NCBI GenBank assembly: GCA_963729625.1
Contig: CAVSOU010000004.1
Span: 16,550 to 80,549 of the forward strand
From: an uncultured bacterium
Lineage (GTDB): Bacteria; Chloroflexota; UBA5177; JANWHV01
Direction of reading: 5' to 3'
DNA length: 64,000 nucleotides
The notes beneath the pieces are model-generated. The model was not told where the DNA came from, did no database searches, and saw nothing but the letters and a program-made list of their open reading frames with translations. Position 1 is the stretch's first letter. The number at the start of each line of letters is the position of its first letter. A program made the position numbers and the translations under genes. This document shows positions 1 to 9,144 of this stretch, piece after piece.

Positions 1-722
1 TCCATGGTGGAGGCGACGATCTCCGTCTCAGGAAAGCGCCGTCGTGTCTGCTCGAAGGTGGCCACAACCTGGTCGGTCGACGGTGGGCCGAGGTTATCGT
101 CGGTGTGCGCGAACAGGATCGCTTCGTCAAGTCCCGGCACCATCATCAGGTCACCGTACGTCCCCTCCTGGTACATGACGACGAGCTCAGCGCCGCGAGG
201 ATCCTGCCAAACGAACACCGGCGGCACTGCGGGTGCCCGGCACGCCGGGTTAACGCCGATATGCAGGAACCGAATCCCCGCTTGCGCAAGCAGCGGCACG
301 ATGCCACGGGTGTGGCCGGGCACGTCCGTCATCTTGGCAGCTATCGTCTGCTTGCCGAAGCGGCGATCCAACTCCTGCGAAAGGCTCAGGCCAAACTCGA
401 ACAGCGACGGATCGACCAGCTCGCTGTGTGTGGTGAATGGCAGGCCGTGCCAGACGATATCGCCGGCCCGAATCGCCGCCTCAAGTCGTGCGCTCTCAAA
501 GGGAGATGCCTGCTCCAGATACTCGTAGATGAGCCACGAGCCGGTTGTCCAGACAAAGCGATCGCCACCGCCCGCAGTCCGCAGATCATGAGCGAGGGCT
601 ATAGCCTGTGGTATATACTCTTCGAAATAGCGCGACGTCACCTCGCTGGCAAGCGCAGTGAACCCGATGTCAAGATGCGTCTTGAATACCACGTGCAATG
701 TCCTCAGGGTACGTCCGGTCAC
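1..722 (-). CDS. DUF5054-type glycoside hydrolase (GH38-like N-terminal barrel), partial; runs off the left edge
   Basis: Absent from the ORF track (no stop in window). Manual translation from GTG 722: VTGRTLRTLHVVFKTHLDIGFT...FVWTTGSWLIYEYL...WHGLPFTTHSEL...AAKMTDVPGHTRG...FLHIGVNPA; open to position 3. Confidence 0.8.
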   Translation of the reverse strand, partial: MTGRTLRTLHVVFKTHLDIGFTALASEVTSRYFEEYIPQAIALAHDLRTAGGGDRFVWTTGSWLIYEYLEQASPFESARLEAAIRAGDIVWHGLPFTTHSELVDPSLFEFGLSLSQELDRRFGKQTIAAKMTDVPGHTRGIVPLLAQAGIRFLHIGVNPACRAPAVPPVFVWQDPRGAELVVMYQEGTYGDLMMVPGLDEAILFAHTDDNLGPPSTDQVVATFEQTRRRFPETEIVASTM

Positions 723-1263
723 CCCGGGGTCGGCGGGTTGCGCGCGCACTGATCTTGACTCCTTTGCTCACGAGAACGGTCCAAGCTGTCTTGCCTGACT
801 GGTGCTCCAGCCTGCTCACCACGGCCCCGTGTCTCCCGTGGCTACTCTGCAACTCTGCAAAAGGCCATACCGCTCCATCTGGTGCCGATAGTGGTGGAGT
901 GCTGGCACACGTGCCAGACGACGACGTACATAGGAAGAGTATCGCATCATGATGATCGCCTGGCGCATGGTATCGATATCCTGGCATGGACTGTGTAGAC
1001 TGCACTCAGGAACGAACAAGTACCTTGACTCTCCGCCGGTGCGCTCCCGGCAGGGAGGCGCTGCCGAAGGATCCCGTATCGACGGCCTCTCAGTGGCAGC
1101 GATCTTCTCACATCGGCCGGCGAGTGGCGCGGCTCATGGCTATCGCCATAGAGAATGGATGCCTTGAGTGCTCGAGTGAGCAGGAGGTCGATTGCATGAT
1201 GGCCGGCACTGCGTCCGTTAAGGAGCCTCGTGCAGCTGAAGGCTACCAGCGCAGAGGGTTCAT

Positions 1264-2049
1264 ATGATAAAGCTCCTGGCGGTGGACATAGACGATACAC
1301 TTACGCACTCGGACGGGCATGTAAGCACAGCAGCCATCACGGCCCTCCAACGCGCGCAAGCAGGTGGAATGCTGGTTGCCTTGGTATCCGCCCGCCCGCC
1401 AGCCGGGGTTGATGTGGTGGCAGACCTCTTGGGCGGGGACGTATTTCGGGTGAGCTACCTGGGAGCTGTGATTCGAGATCCGAACAGGAAGGAGGTACAG
1501 CGATTGTCCATGAGAATGGACGCCGCCAGGGCGATCGCCAAGCTTGCAGATGATGCTGGGATCAGCCTCACCATGATGATCGACGATATCGAATATCATA
1601 GCCAGCATCTCGTCACCCCAGCCCTAACAACGAGTACAAGCGTAGCTCTAGCAGACGATGTGTTGATAGGAGGTAAGCCTCCTGCGCTGATTAGCACTGA
1701 AGGTTATGAGGGAGCTCGCTACATTTACAGTTTCTGCGCCGAGAGGTTCGACGGTGCCCTCCATATGTCGCGCCACTTGATCGCTGATGGTACATACTCT
1801 TCTGTCACGATCGTGCATTCTACGGCCGAGAAAGGTAATGCTCTAGCCGCTATCTGCAAGCTGCTGGCCATCACCAAGAGCGAGGTTTTGGCTATTGGTG
1901 ATAACGAGGGCGATGCCAGCATGTTCCGATCAGCAGGAATCAGCGTGTCCGTGGGCGGTGCAGATGCGGCGGTGAACGAAACTGCAACCCACGTAGCCCC
2001 GTTTCTTGACGGGCAGGGGGTAGTCTGGGCACTCGAACGCTTCCTCTAG
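1264..2049 (+). CDS. Cof-type HAD-IIB hydrolase/phosphatase
   Basis: LLAVDIDDTL motif I, SARP motif II, KGNAL, AIGDNEGDASMF motif IV. Confidence 0.92.
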   Translation: MIKLLAVDIDDTLTHSDGHVSTAAITALQRAQAGGMLVALVSARPPAGVDVVADLLGGDVFRVSYLGAVIRDPNRKEVQRLSMRMDAARAIAKLADDAGISLTMMIDDIEYHSQHLVTPALTTSTSVALADDVLIGGKPPALISTEGYEGARYIYSFCAERFDGALHMSRHLIADGTYSSVTIVHSTAEKGNALAAICKLLAITKSEVLAIGDNEGDASMFRSAGISVSVGGADAAVNETATHVAPFLDGQGVVWALERFL

Positions 2050-2252
2050 CGATCTGAGCCATGCCGCTTCGGTGATCTCGAGAGCACATATGACGGTCGC
2101 GTTCACCACGATTGCTGACGATCCTCAAGACTGTCGCTGCGTGCACTGCACGAAGTGCTACGATCTATTAGGCAAAAGCCGCAGGCTCTGGGATCGACAG
2201 AGGGTAACCTGCACGCTGAACGGCATAGTAGCTCATCGAGAATGGACGTGAA

Positions 2253-3122
2253 ATGGCAATTCCGCTCGGTCTACGCCTGACTGATGCACTCCGATGTCTG
2301 CCAATTGAAGATGTGGTGGCATTCGCGCAGCAAGCAGGTCTCGATGTGCTGGACCTCCCTGCAGATTTCACGGCGGCTGCAGCGGCGTGTCGATCACGAG
2401 GTCTGGGTATTGGGTCGGTGGATTGTATGGTGGCGGGCGAGCTGATCAGCGCTCAGGACGCGGTGCGCGAAGGCGCGGTTACGGCGCTCTGCGATCAAGT
2501 CGCCGCGATGGCCGGACAAGGTCTAGACACGCTATTTGTCTGCCTGGTACCACAGGAGAGTGATCAGTCGATCGCTCACTCCCTCGAGTACTTCAAGGAT
2601 AGCTTTCCAGCAGTCGCCCGGGCTTGTGAAGCTTCGGGCGTGCGCATCGCCTTCGAAGGCTATCCAGGACCGCCGCCGCACTATAACACGCTTGGTTACA
2701 CCCCAGAAGTGTGGCGAGCTATGTTTGCGGCAGTTCCTTCGGCGGCCCTGGGGCTCTGCTACGATCCCTCGCACCTGGTGCGCTTAGGGATTGACTATGT
2801 TCGAGTGCTCGAGGAATTCCGTGACCGCCTGTATCATTGCCATGGCAAAGATACTGCACTGCTCCCTGAGCAACGGTATCTCTACGGCAATGCCTCTCCG
2901 GCCCTGAGTGAGGCGCCCGCGTGCTCCGGAGGGGCATGGCGCTATTGCGTGCCGGGTGCCGGAACAGTGGACTGGGCGGCGGTAGCGGAAGCACTCGAGC
3001 GTTCGGGATACGCTGGGTGTGTCTGCATTGAGCTAGAGGACGCCCGCTACGACGGCTCGGATGAGGCCGAGCGGCGCGGCGTGCTCAAGGCGATGGAGCA
3101 CCTGGCGCGCTTCTTCCGGTGA
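2253..3122 (+). CDS. Sugar phosphate isomerase/epimerase (xylose-isomerase-like TIM barrel)
   Basis: Metal-binding motifs IAFEG, LCYDPSHL, HCHGKD, CIELED; PGAGTVDW. Confidence 0.9.
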   Translation: MAIPLGLRLTDALRCLPIEDVVAFAQQAGLDVLDLPADFTAAAAACRSRGLGIGSVDCMVAGELISAQDAVREGAVTALCDQVAAMAGQGLDTLFVCLVPQESDQSIAHSLEYFKDSFPAVARACEASGVRIAFEGYPGPPPHYNTLGYTPEVWRAMFAAVPSAALGLCYDPSHLVRLGIDYVRVLEEFRDRLYHCHGKDTALLPEQRYLYGNASPALSEAPACSGGAWRYCVPGAGTVDWAAVAEALERSGYAGCVCIELEDARYDGSDEAERRGVLKAMEHLARFFR

Positions 3123-3261
3123 AAACCGCCAGGCGTCGTATGACCGGAGTCGTGCGTCAAGAGCTCGGGCCATGCAGTGTATCGGCACGTCATGGGAGGC
3201 GCGTTCGTATCTCATTTCCGGCTGTACCCGTTCCAATCGAACCCTGAAAGGATGGAAGGAC

Positions 3262-4257
3262 ATGCTGCGAATTGGCGTGATCGGCTGTGGTGGCATCGCG
3301 GGCGCGCACATCTCCGGCTATCTGGCACTGGCAGATCGTGTGCGCGTTACCGCAGTGTGCGACGTGGATGACCGCCGCGCCGGTGCTGCTGCGGCAACGG
3401 TTGGTGAGGCGCGGGTTTGCAGCAGTATCGAGGACCTGCTCCGCAATCCCGATGTCGATGCCGTTGACATCTGCCTGCCGCACCATCTGCATGCGTCCAC
3501 GATCGTGGCGGCAGCGCGGCACGGAAAGCACGTGCTCTGCGAGAAGCCGTTGTGCACATCGCACACGGAGGCCGCAGCAATTGAGACTGCGGTCCGATCG
3601 GCCGGAATAACCCTGATGTGTGCCCACAACCAGCTGTTCGAACCGGCCATCGCGCGGGCGCGGGAACTGCTGCGGGCCGGCGCTCTTGGCGACATCTATC
3701 TTGCACGTACCTGCGATTGTTTCATAGCCGACAACACACTCGAAGGATGGGGCTGGCGCCGTGAATTGCGCACAATGGGCGGTGGCGAGCTCATCGATAC
3801 GGGCTATCATCCTACGTACACCATGCTCTATCTGCTCGGCCTGGCCAATCAACGCCCAGTCGACGTAACGTCGTTGCTAGGCAGGCACCGGCAGGTTGTG
3901 CTTGAGGGCGAGGACACGGCGCATGTGCTGGTGCGATTCTCAGGGGGTGCCATCGGTCAGATACTCACCAGCTGGGCCTTTGAGTTTCCGCACGGATCGT
4001 ACAGCTTCCACCTGATTGGCGACCGGGGGGAGCTCTTTGGGCGGGACAATGTCGCGACCTTCCTGCCGCGTGATGGCGAACAGCAGATCACAACATTTGA
4101 GGAAGTGAACAGCTATCACGCGCAGCTTCCGCAGTTCGTGGATAGTATTGAGAACCGCACGCGGCCGCTTCAGAACGAGGAAGACGGCATCGCCGTACTG
4201 AATGTGATTCTCGCGGCATATGAGAGCGATGCCTCGAAGCGTACCGTATCTATCTAG
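3262..4257 (+). CDS. Gfo/Idh/MocA family NAD-dependent oxidoreductase
   Basis: MLRIGVIGCGGIA, HVLCEKP, GGGELIDTGYH; GGAAGGA RBS before ATG 3262. Confidence 0.93.
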   Translation: MLRIGVIGCGGIAGAHISGYLALADRVRVTAVCDVDDRRAGAAAATVGEARVCSSIEDLLRNPDVDAVDICLPHHLHASTIVAAARHGKHVLCEKPLCTSHTEAAAIETAVRSAGITLMCAHNQLFEPAIARARELLRAGALGDIYLARTCDCFIADNTLEGWGWRRELRTMGGGELIDTGYHPTYTMLYLLGLANQRPVDVTSLLGRHRQVVLEGEDTAHVLVRFSGGAIGQILTSWAFEFPHGSYSFHLIGDRGELFGRDNVATFLPRDGEQQITTFEEVNSYHAQLPQFVDSIENRTRPLQNEEDGIAVLNVILAAYESDASKRTVSI

Positions 4258-4273
4258 GCAGAAAGCCACAGTC

Positions 4274-6805
4274 ATGTACAGTCACGCACGGCACGCGGAT
4301 AATGAAGCAGGATGGCTCGGCCCGAACGCCACTGAGGTTGCCTTTCCCCTTGGCGGTATCGGCACCGGCACTATCTCGATCGGCGCGCGCGGCAATCTAC
4401 GCGATTTCGAGATCTGGAATGAGCCGCGCAAAGGCCTGGTTCTCCCATACAGCCATTTTAGCCTTTCGGCCCAGGCAGGTCAGGGGCCAAGGGTCACACG
4501 GATACTCGAAGGACACATTCCGCCGCCCTACTCTGCCTCGCACGGCATCCACCCGAATCTGGGCGGCGGCTTACCGCGATTTGCGACAAGCCGCTTCCGC
4601 GGACAGTACCCCATTGCCGAGCTTGAGCTTCGCGATCCCGAGGTGCCGGTGGAAGCCAGGCTACTTGCGTTTACACCATTCGTTCCCCTCGATGCGGATG
4701 AGTCTGGCCTTCCGTGCGCCGTTTTCCTGTGGACGTTGACCAATACCAGTGCCGAGATCGTGCAGGCTACGGTCGTGGGCTCCTTGCTGAACCCAGCCAC
4801 CTATCCCGGCGTTGACGAGTTTGGCAATCTGCTTAGCTATCCAAATGGGGAAGCACACAACGCCATGTATGAAGCGGAGCGCCTGCAAGGTGTATGCTTC
4901 GAAGGCCCGGGTGTTTCATCCGCGGATTTAGCCTACGGCAACGCGGTGCTGGCGACTACAGCCCCGCGTACCACCGCCAAGCCCGAATGGTTCCGCGGCG
5001 GTTGGTTCGATACGCTCCGCGAGTTTTGGGACGACCTGTCGTCCGACGGTCAGCTGACGGCGCTGACATCAAATCACGGCGTGGAGCAGGGTATGATTGG
5101 CCCGGCCCACTCAAATGTCGTCGCCGGTTCGGTTGGCGCGCGACTTGAGCTTGCGCCTGGCGCCAGCTCGACCGTCACCTTCATTCTAAGCTGGTATTTT
5201 CCGAATCGCGTAAACGGTTGGGATCGTGCCTCGCCATCCCAGCCACCGACGGCGCGGGTGCACTACGCTGGCCGCTTTGGCGGTGCCCGGGACGTCGCCG
5301 AGTACGTGGCGGGGAATCTTGAACGGTTGCAGACGGCAACGCTTCAGTTCAGGGACGCGCTGTTCGAGAGCAGCCTGCCACCAGCCGTGGTCGATGCGCT
5401 GTCTGGCACGATGGTCGTGATCCGCAGCAACACGTGCTTCTGGCTGGAGAATGGGAGGTTCTATGGCTGGGAAGGCTGTTTCGACCACGGCGGATCGTGT
5501 CACGGGAACTGTACTCACGTCTGGAACTATGCCCAGATCCTAGCCTTCCTGTTCCCGAGCCTCGAGATGAGCATGGTCCGTACCGCATTCCTCGACGAGG
5601 TCGAAGAGTCGGGGAAGATGCACTTTCGCACGGGTGCGCATTTCGAGCAGGTGTTCGAGAAACACCCGGCGGCGGTCGACGGACAACTCGGCACGATCAT
5701 CCGTCTATGGCGCACGTTCCTGCTAACAGGCGATCGCGAGTTTCTCCAGGAGCTGTGGCCCAACGCTCGAGCCTGCCTGAAGTACGCGTTGCAGACGTGG
5801 GATACGGATGGTGACGAGGTTCTGGACGGTGAGCAGCACAATACCTATGACATTGAGTTCTGGGGACCAAACCCACTCTCGGGTGTACTACTCCTGGGCG
5901 CAGTACGGGCCATGGAGGAGATAGCACTGCGACTGGGCCATGCCGATGAGGCGCGCCGTTATCGTGCCAGCTTCGACCGCAGCAAGATGCAGCTGGATGA
6001 AATGCTCTGGAACGGTGAGTATTACGTCCAGCGGTTGGACGACGTCGATCGCCATCCTTACCAGCACGGAGTGGGCTGTCTATCCGACCAAATGCTCGGC
6101 CAAATGCTGGCCCACGTTGCGCAGCTCGGCTATCTGCTGCCGGCTGAGCATGTGAGGACTGCGCTGGACAGCATACATCGCTACAATTTCCTCCGACCGC
6201 TTGGCAATCACGTCAACGTCCAGCGCGCCTATGCCTTTGCCGACGAAGCTGGCCTGATCCTCTGCACTTGGCCGCACGGTGGGAGACCCAGACTTCCCTT
6301 CGTATACTCCGACGAAGTGTGGACCGGCGTTGAATATCAGGTGGCCAGTCACCTGATCTACGAAGGGCGCGTTTCGGAGGGCCTGTCGATTGTTGCAGCG
6401 CTGCGAAGCCGCCACGACGGATACCGGCGGAATCCGTGGGACGAGGTAGAGTGCGGCCATCATTACGCCCGATCGTTGGCCAGTTGGTCCTTGGTACCGG
6501 CTCTGACCGGCTTCACGTCTGACGTGGACGCACGGATCATTCGCTTCGATCCGGTGCTGCCCGAACTTAACGGTAGCTTCCGCACGTTGTTCACGTGCGG
6601 TGCCGGTTGGGGAGTGTATACCCAGCAGCGATTCGACAATCACATACAGCCCGGCTTGGTAGTGCTCGGCGGCAATCTGGATGGCTTCCGCCTGGAAGTC
6701 GACGGCGGCCAGTGGCAAATCAAGGAAGGCGAGCTGCTGCAAGACGCGGCAGATCGAGCAGCGGTGGAAAGCCGAACTGATGTGAAGGCCTGGACGGGGC
6801 CATGA
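4274..6805 (+). CDS. GH116 family glycoside hydrolase (non-lysosomal glucosylceramidase-like)
   Basis: FPLGGIGTGTI, FYGWEG, CHGNCTHVWNY, QHNTYDIEF, CLSDQMLGQ, YSDEVWTGVEY, RRNPWDEVECGHHYAR. Confidence 0.93.
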   Translation: MYSHARHADNEAGWLGPNATEVAFPLGGIGTGTISIGARGNLRDFEIWNEPRKGLVLPYSHFSLSAQAGQGPRVTRILEGHIPPPYSASHGIHPNLGGGLPRFATSRFRGQYPIAELELRDPEVPVEARLLAFTPFVPLDADESGLPCAVFLWTLTNTSAEIVQATVVGSLLNPATYPGVDEFGNLLSYPNGEAHNAMYEAERLQGVCFEGPGVSSADLAYGNAVLATTAPRTTAKPEWFRGGWFDTLREFWDDLSSDGQLTALTSNHGVEQGMIGPAHSNVVAGSVGARLELAPGASSTVTFILSWYFPNRVNGWDRASPSQPPTARVHYAGRFGGARDVAEYVAGNLERLQTATLQFRDALFESSLPPAVVDALSGTMVVIRSNTCFWLENGRFYGWEGCFDHGGSCHGNCTHVWNYAQILAFLFPSLEMSMVRTAFLDEVEESGKMHFRTGAHFEQVFEKHPAAVDGQLGTIIRLWRTFLLTGDREFLQELWPNARACLKYALQTWDTDGDEVLDGEQHNTYDIEFWGPNPLSGVLLLGAVRAMEEIALRLGHADEARRYRASFDRSKMQLDEMLWNGEYYVQRLDDVDRHPYQHGVGCLSDQMLGQMLAHVAQLGYLLPAEHVRTALDSIHRYNFLRPLGNHVNVQRAYAFADEAGLILCTWPHGGRPRLPFVYSDEVWTGVEYQVASHLIYEGRVSEGLSIVAALRSRHDGYRRNPWDEVECGHHYARSLASWSLVPALTGFTSDVDARIIRFDPVLPELNGSFRTLFTCGAGWGVYTQQRFDNHIQPGLVVLGGNLDGFRLEVDGGQWQIKEGELLQDAADRAAVESRTDVKAWTGP

Positions 6806-6874
6806 CAATGTCGGGCGTGCCCGTCCGCCCGAGCCGGCACGCAAGCAGCGCCAGAAGACGCGCACGGCGGGCGA

Positions 6875-7203
6875 TGGTAAAGCGTGTTGTGGTCACGGCG
6901 AACCGCGAGAAGAAGCTTGTTGAGGAACTCTTGCTGGTCAGTCGCATGGACGCGGGCGCCTTGGTGGTCGACTGCCAAGCGGTCGACCCGGTCGCCCAGA
7001 TCCGGCAGGCCAGGGCGAGGTCCAGGGCAGCTACGCCGGCCGGGACATCGAGGTGCAGGGTGTGGCAGGCCTCATCGTGCAGGGCGAGGCAGGTCGTATC
7101 GTCAGGATACTGGTGAACGTTCTTGATGATGCGGCCAAGTACTCGCCGGAGGGCACGCCGATCGGGGTGGCCTGGGAGGCGACGAATGCAATCGCCCGGA
7201 TTC
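6875..7203 (+). pseudogene. Sensor histidine kinase remnant (end of HisKA, start of HATPase), frameshifted and truncated
   Basis: KLVEELLLVSRMDAG in one frame and RIVRILVNVLDDAAKYSPEGTPI (N-box) in another; cut off where the repeat at 7204 begins. Confidence 0.7.
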
Positions 7204-7382
7204 GGCTGTTGGGCGTGGACGTGCGGAGCACGGCGCGGTGATGAGGTCAAGGCAGCATCCGGGGTGGACCTTGGCGACGGAGCGCCAGGAGCACGCGCCC
7301 GCGGCACGGCACTCGTCAGCCCTCGCGGCTGGTCCCGAGTCAGTGAGGCTGCCGCCGAAGCGGTACTGGTGGTGCACGCCGG
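7204..7382 (+). repeat. 179-bp direct repeat, copy 1 (copy 2 at 21382-21560)
   Basis: ggctgttgggcgtggacgtgcgg...ctggtggtgcacgccgg; offset 14178; about 3 mismatches seen by eye. Confidence 0.95.
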
Positions 7383-7594
7383 TAACGACGGCGCCGACGC
7401 CACGATCATCAGGTCCCGAGTTATCACTTCGTGGCGCACATGCCGGGCCGGCGAGTGACCGGCCATGCCGGACGTGCCAGTGCGACCGGCGTGCTCGACT
7501 GACTAGGTATCCAGATCGCAGATCTGGGGATATACTGACTACTGCGGAATGCCTGGGTAGGGAGTTGTCCTCATGCCAGACGACTGGTAACAGG

Positions 7595-8413
7595 ATGATG
7601 TCCGCAACGAGCGTATGGCAGGAACAGGCTGATCTGTCAGTTCGTGAGTCCGTGCGCCGGGTACTGATCTGCCTGCTCGGTCCCTTTTGCATCTTCACCC
7701 AGGCGCGCCTGGTGACCGCGCGTGGCGCCACGAAGACCGCGGCGTTCTTCTGTGCCCTGGCGATCAGGCCCAGCTACTCCGCATCGCGCGACGCGCTGCT
7801 GCACACACTTTGGCCGGATGTCGAGGCGGAGCTGGCACGCCAGTCACTCAACAGCCTCGTCTATTGTCTCCATAAGTCACTTCGAGATGCACTCGACGGT
7901 GCCACGCCGGTTCTCTACGATGGCGAGAACTACTCGCTCAACACCGAAGCCGGAATCGACCTGGATGTGGCCAGGTTCGACGAGCTCTTCACAGCTGCCA
8001 ACCGTAAAGCTCAGGCCGGTAGTCCGGCGGCAGCAGCCGCCCTCTACAATCAAGCCGTCGCCCTCTATCGCGGCGACCTGTGCATTGGCTTCGACATTCA
8101 GACCGTCATCGAGCGCGAACGGCTACGCGCCCAGTATCTGAGCCTGCTTGCACAGCTGGCGGATTACCACTACAGCGCGGCCAGCTATGATGCGTGCCTT
8201 CAGTACGCGCATCGCCTTCTTGCCAACGATCCGTGCCGGGAAGATGCTCACAGGCTGGTCATGCGCTGTTATGTCCGTCGCGGCGAGCGCTCCCAAGCAC
8301 TGCATCAGTACCTCATCTGCGAGCAGATCCTGCGCTCCCAGTTCGATGCTGCGCCAGAGCCTGCCAGCAAGGCGCTATACGATCAAGCGCGCCTTACTCC
8401 GGAGTCGGTGTGA
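7595..8413 (+). CDS. AfsR/SARP-family activator (winged helix + BTAD domain)
   Basis: LLGPF, SRDALLHTLWPD, SLNSLVYCL, LDVARF, ALYRGDL, DPCREDAHRLVMRCY, GERSQALHQY, PEP; start codon uncertain. Confidence 0.9.
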   Translation: MMSATSVWQEQADLSVRESVRRVLICLLGPFCIFTQARLVTARGATKTAAFFCALAIRPSYSASRDALLHTLWPDVEAELARQSLNSLVYCLHKSLRDALDGATPVLYDGENYSLNTEAGIDLDVARFDELFTAANRKAQAGSPAAAAALYNQAVALYRGDLCIGFDIQTVIERERLRAQYLSLLAQLADYHYSAASYDACLQYAHRLLANDPCREDAHRLVMRCYVRRGERSQALHQYLICEQILRSQFDAAPEPASKALYDQARLTPESV

Positions 8414-8610
8414 GTTCGTCGACCCGGCGCTCCAGCTCAGATCGCGGCTGAGCCTCTCGCGCGGCTGTCTACCAGGGTCACGCTGGAATCTACGGGCGCT
8501 GGCGAATAGGCGCGAACTGGCGAGTCCAGTCCCTGCGTGCCCGTCCGTCGCGCCGCGGATCGTCACTTGGCCGCACTGTTAGGCGTCCTGCCGAGCTGCG
8601 GCTGGAGGAA

Positions 8611-8650
8611 ACCTCACCCGATCCTCATTGACACCTCATCGAGAACTCAG
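8611..8650 (+). promoter_or_regulatory. Four (C/A)CTCA direct repeats at exact 11-bp spacing; putative SARP/winged-helix operator
   Basis: cctca 8612, cctca 8623, cctca 8634, actca 8645; lies between the BTAD gene and the giant-gene operon. Confidence 0.6.
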
Positions 8651-9144
8651 GCTCATCTTCAGCAGCCATTGAGCGGGAACTCAGTGGCTACTGCTGGAAT
8701 AGGTGTGGGATCGGCACGCATGATGCCGCCGCAGGCCCGACGCTGTGTTGTACAGTCCGACAAGAGCAGTGGCTGGCAACGGAGTGATACGGCCGGCGGC
8801 ACTCTGGGTGCGGACCGATGAGATTGGACGGCCGGCTCACGACAACCTGCTCGGCAAGAGAAGCAGCGGGGGATGGGCGGTGCGTCTGCCGGTAGGGTGT
8901 GCTAGGCAAACTGCGCGATTCGCTGGAGCGGTGGTGGGGAGGCTCCGCCGCCGCGTTCCGTAACCCGGCGCCCCGGAAGAAGGGCCGGCAGGACGACTGG
9001 ATAGCGAGCCGCGCACCACGAGACACGTGCTTGGCGCCGACGACCCCGATTGACCGCGCGCCGCCACATCATGCCTGCCACCTCCGTGCAATCGATGCCC
9101 TCCACAAGAGCGTCGGCGCGGTCCCAGCACTGTGAGGTGGTCAC

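Noticed and set aside
3222-3236. LacI-like operator TGTACCCGTTCCA before the Gfo/Idh/MocA gene
   Set aside because: Symmetry is only partial and no cognate regulator is in the window.
8890-9030. c-di-GMP-I riboswitch (GGCAAA start) in the giant-gene leader
   Set aside because: Lacks the GAAA tetraloop and the GACGCAAA junction.
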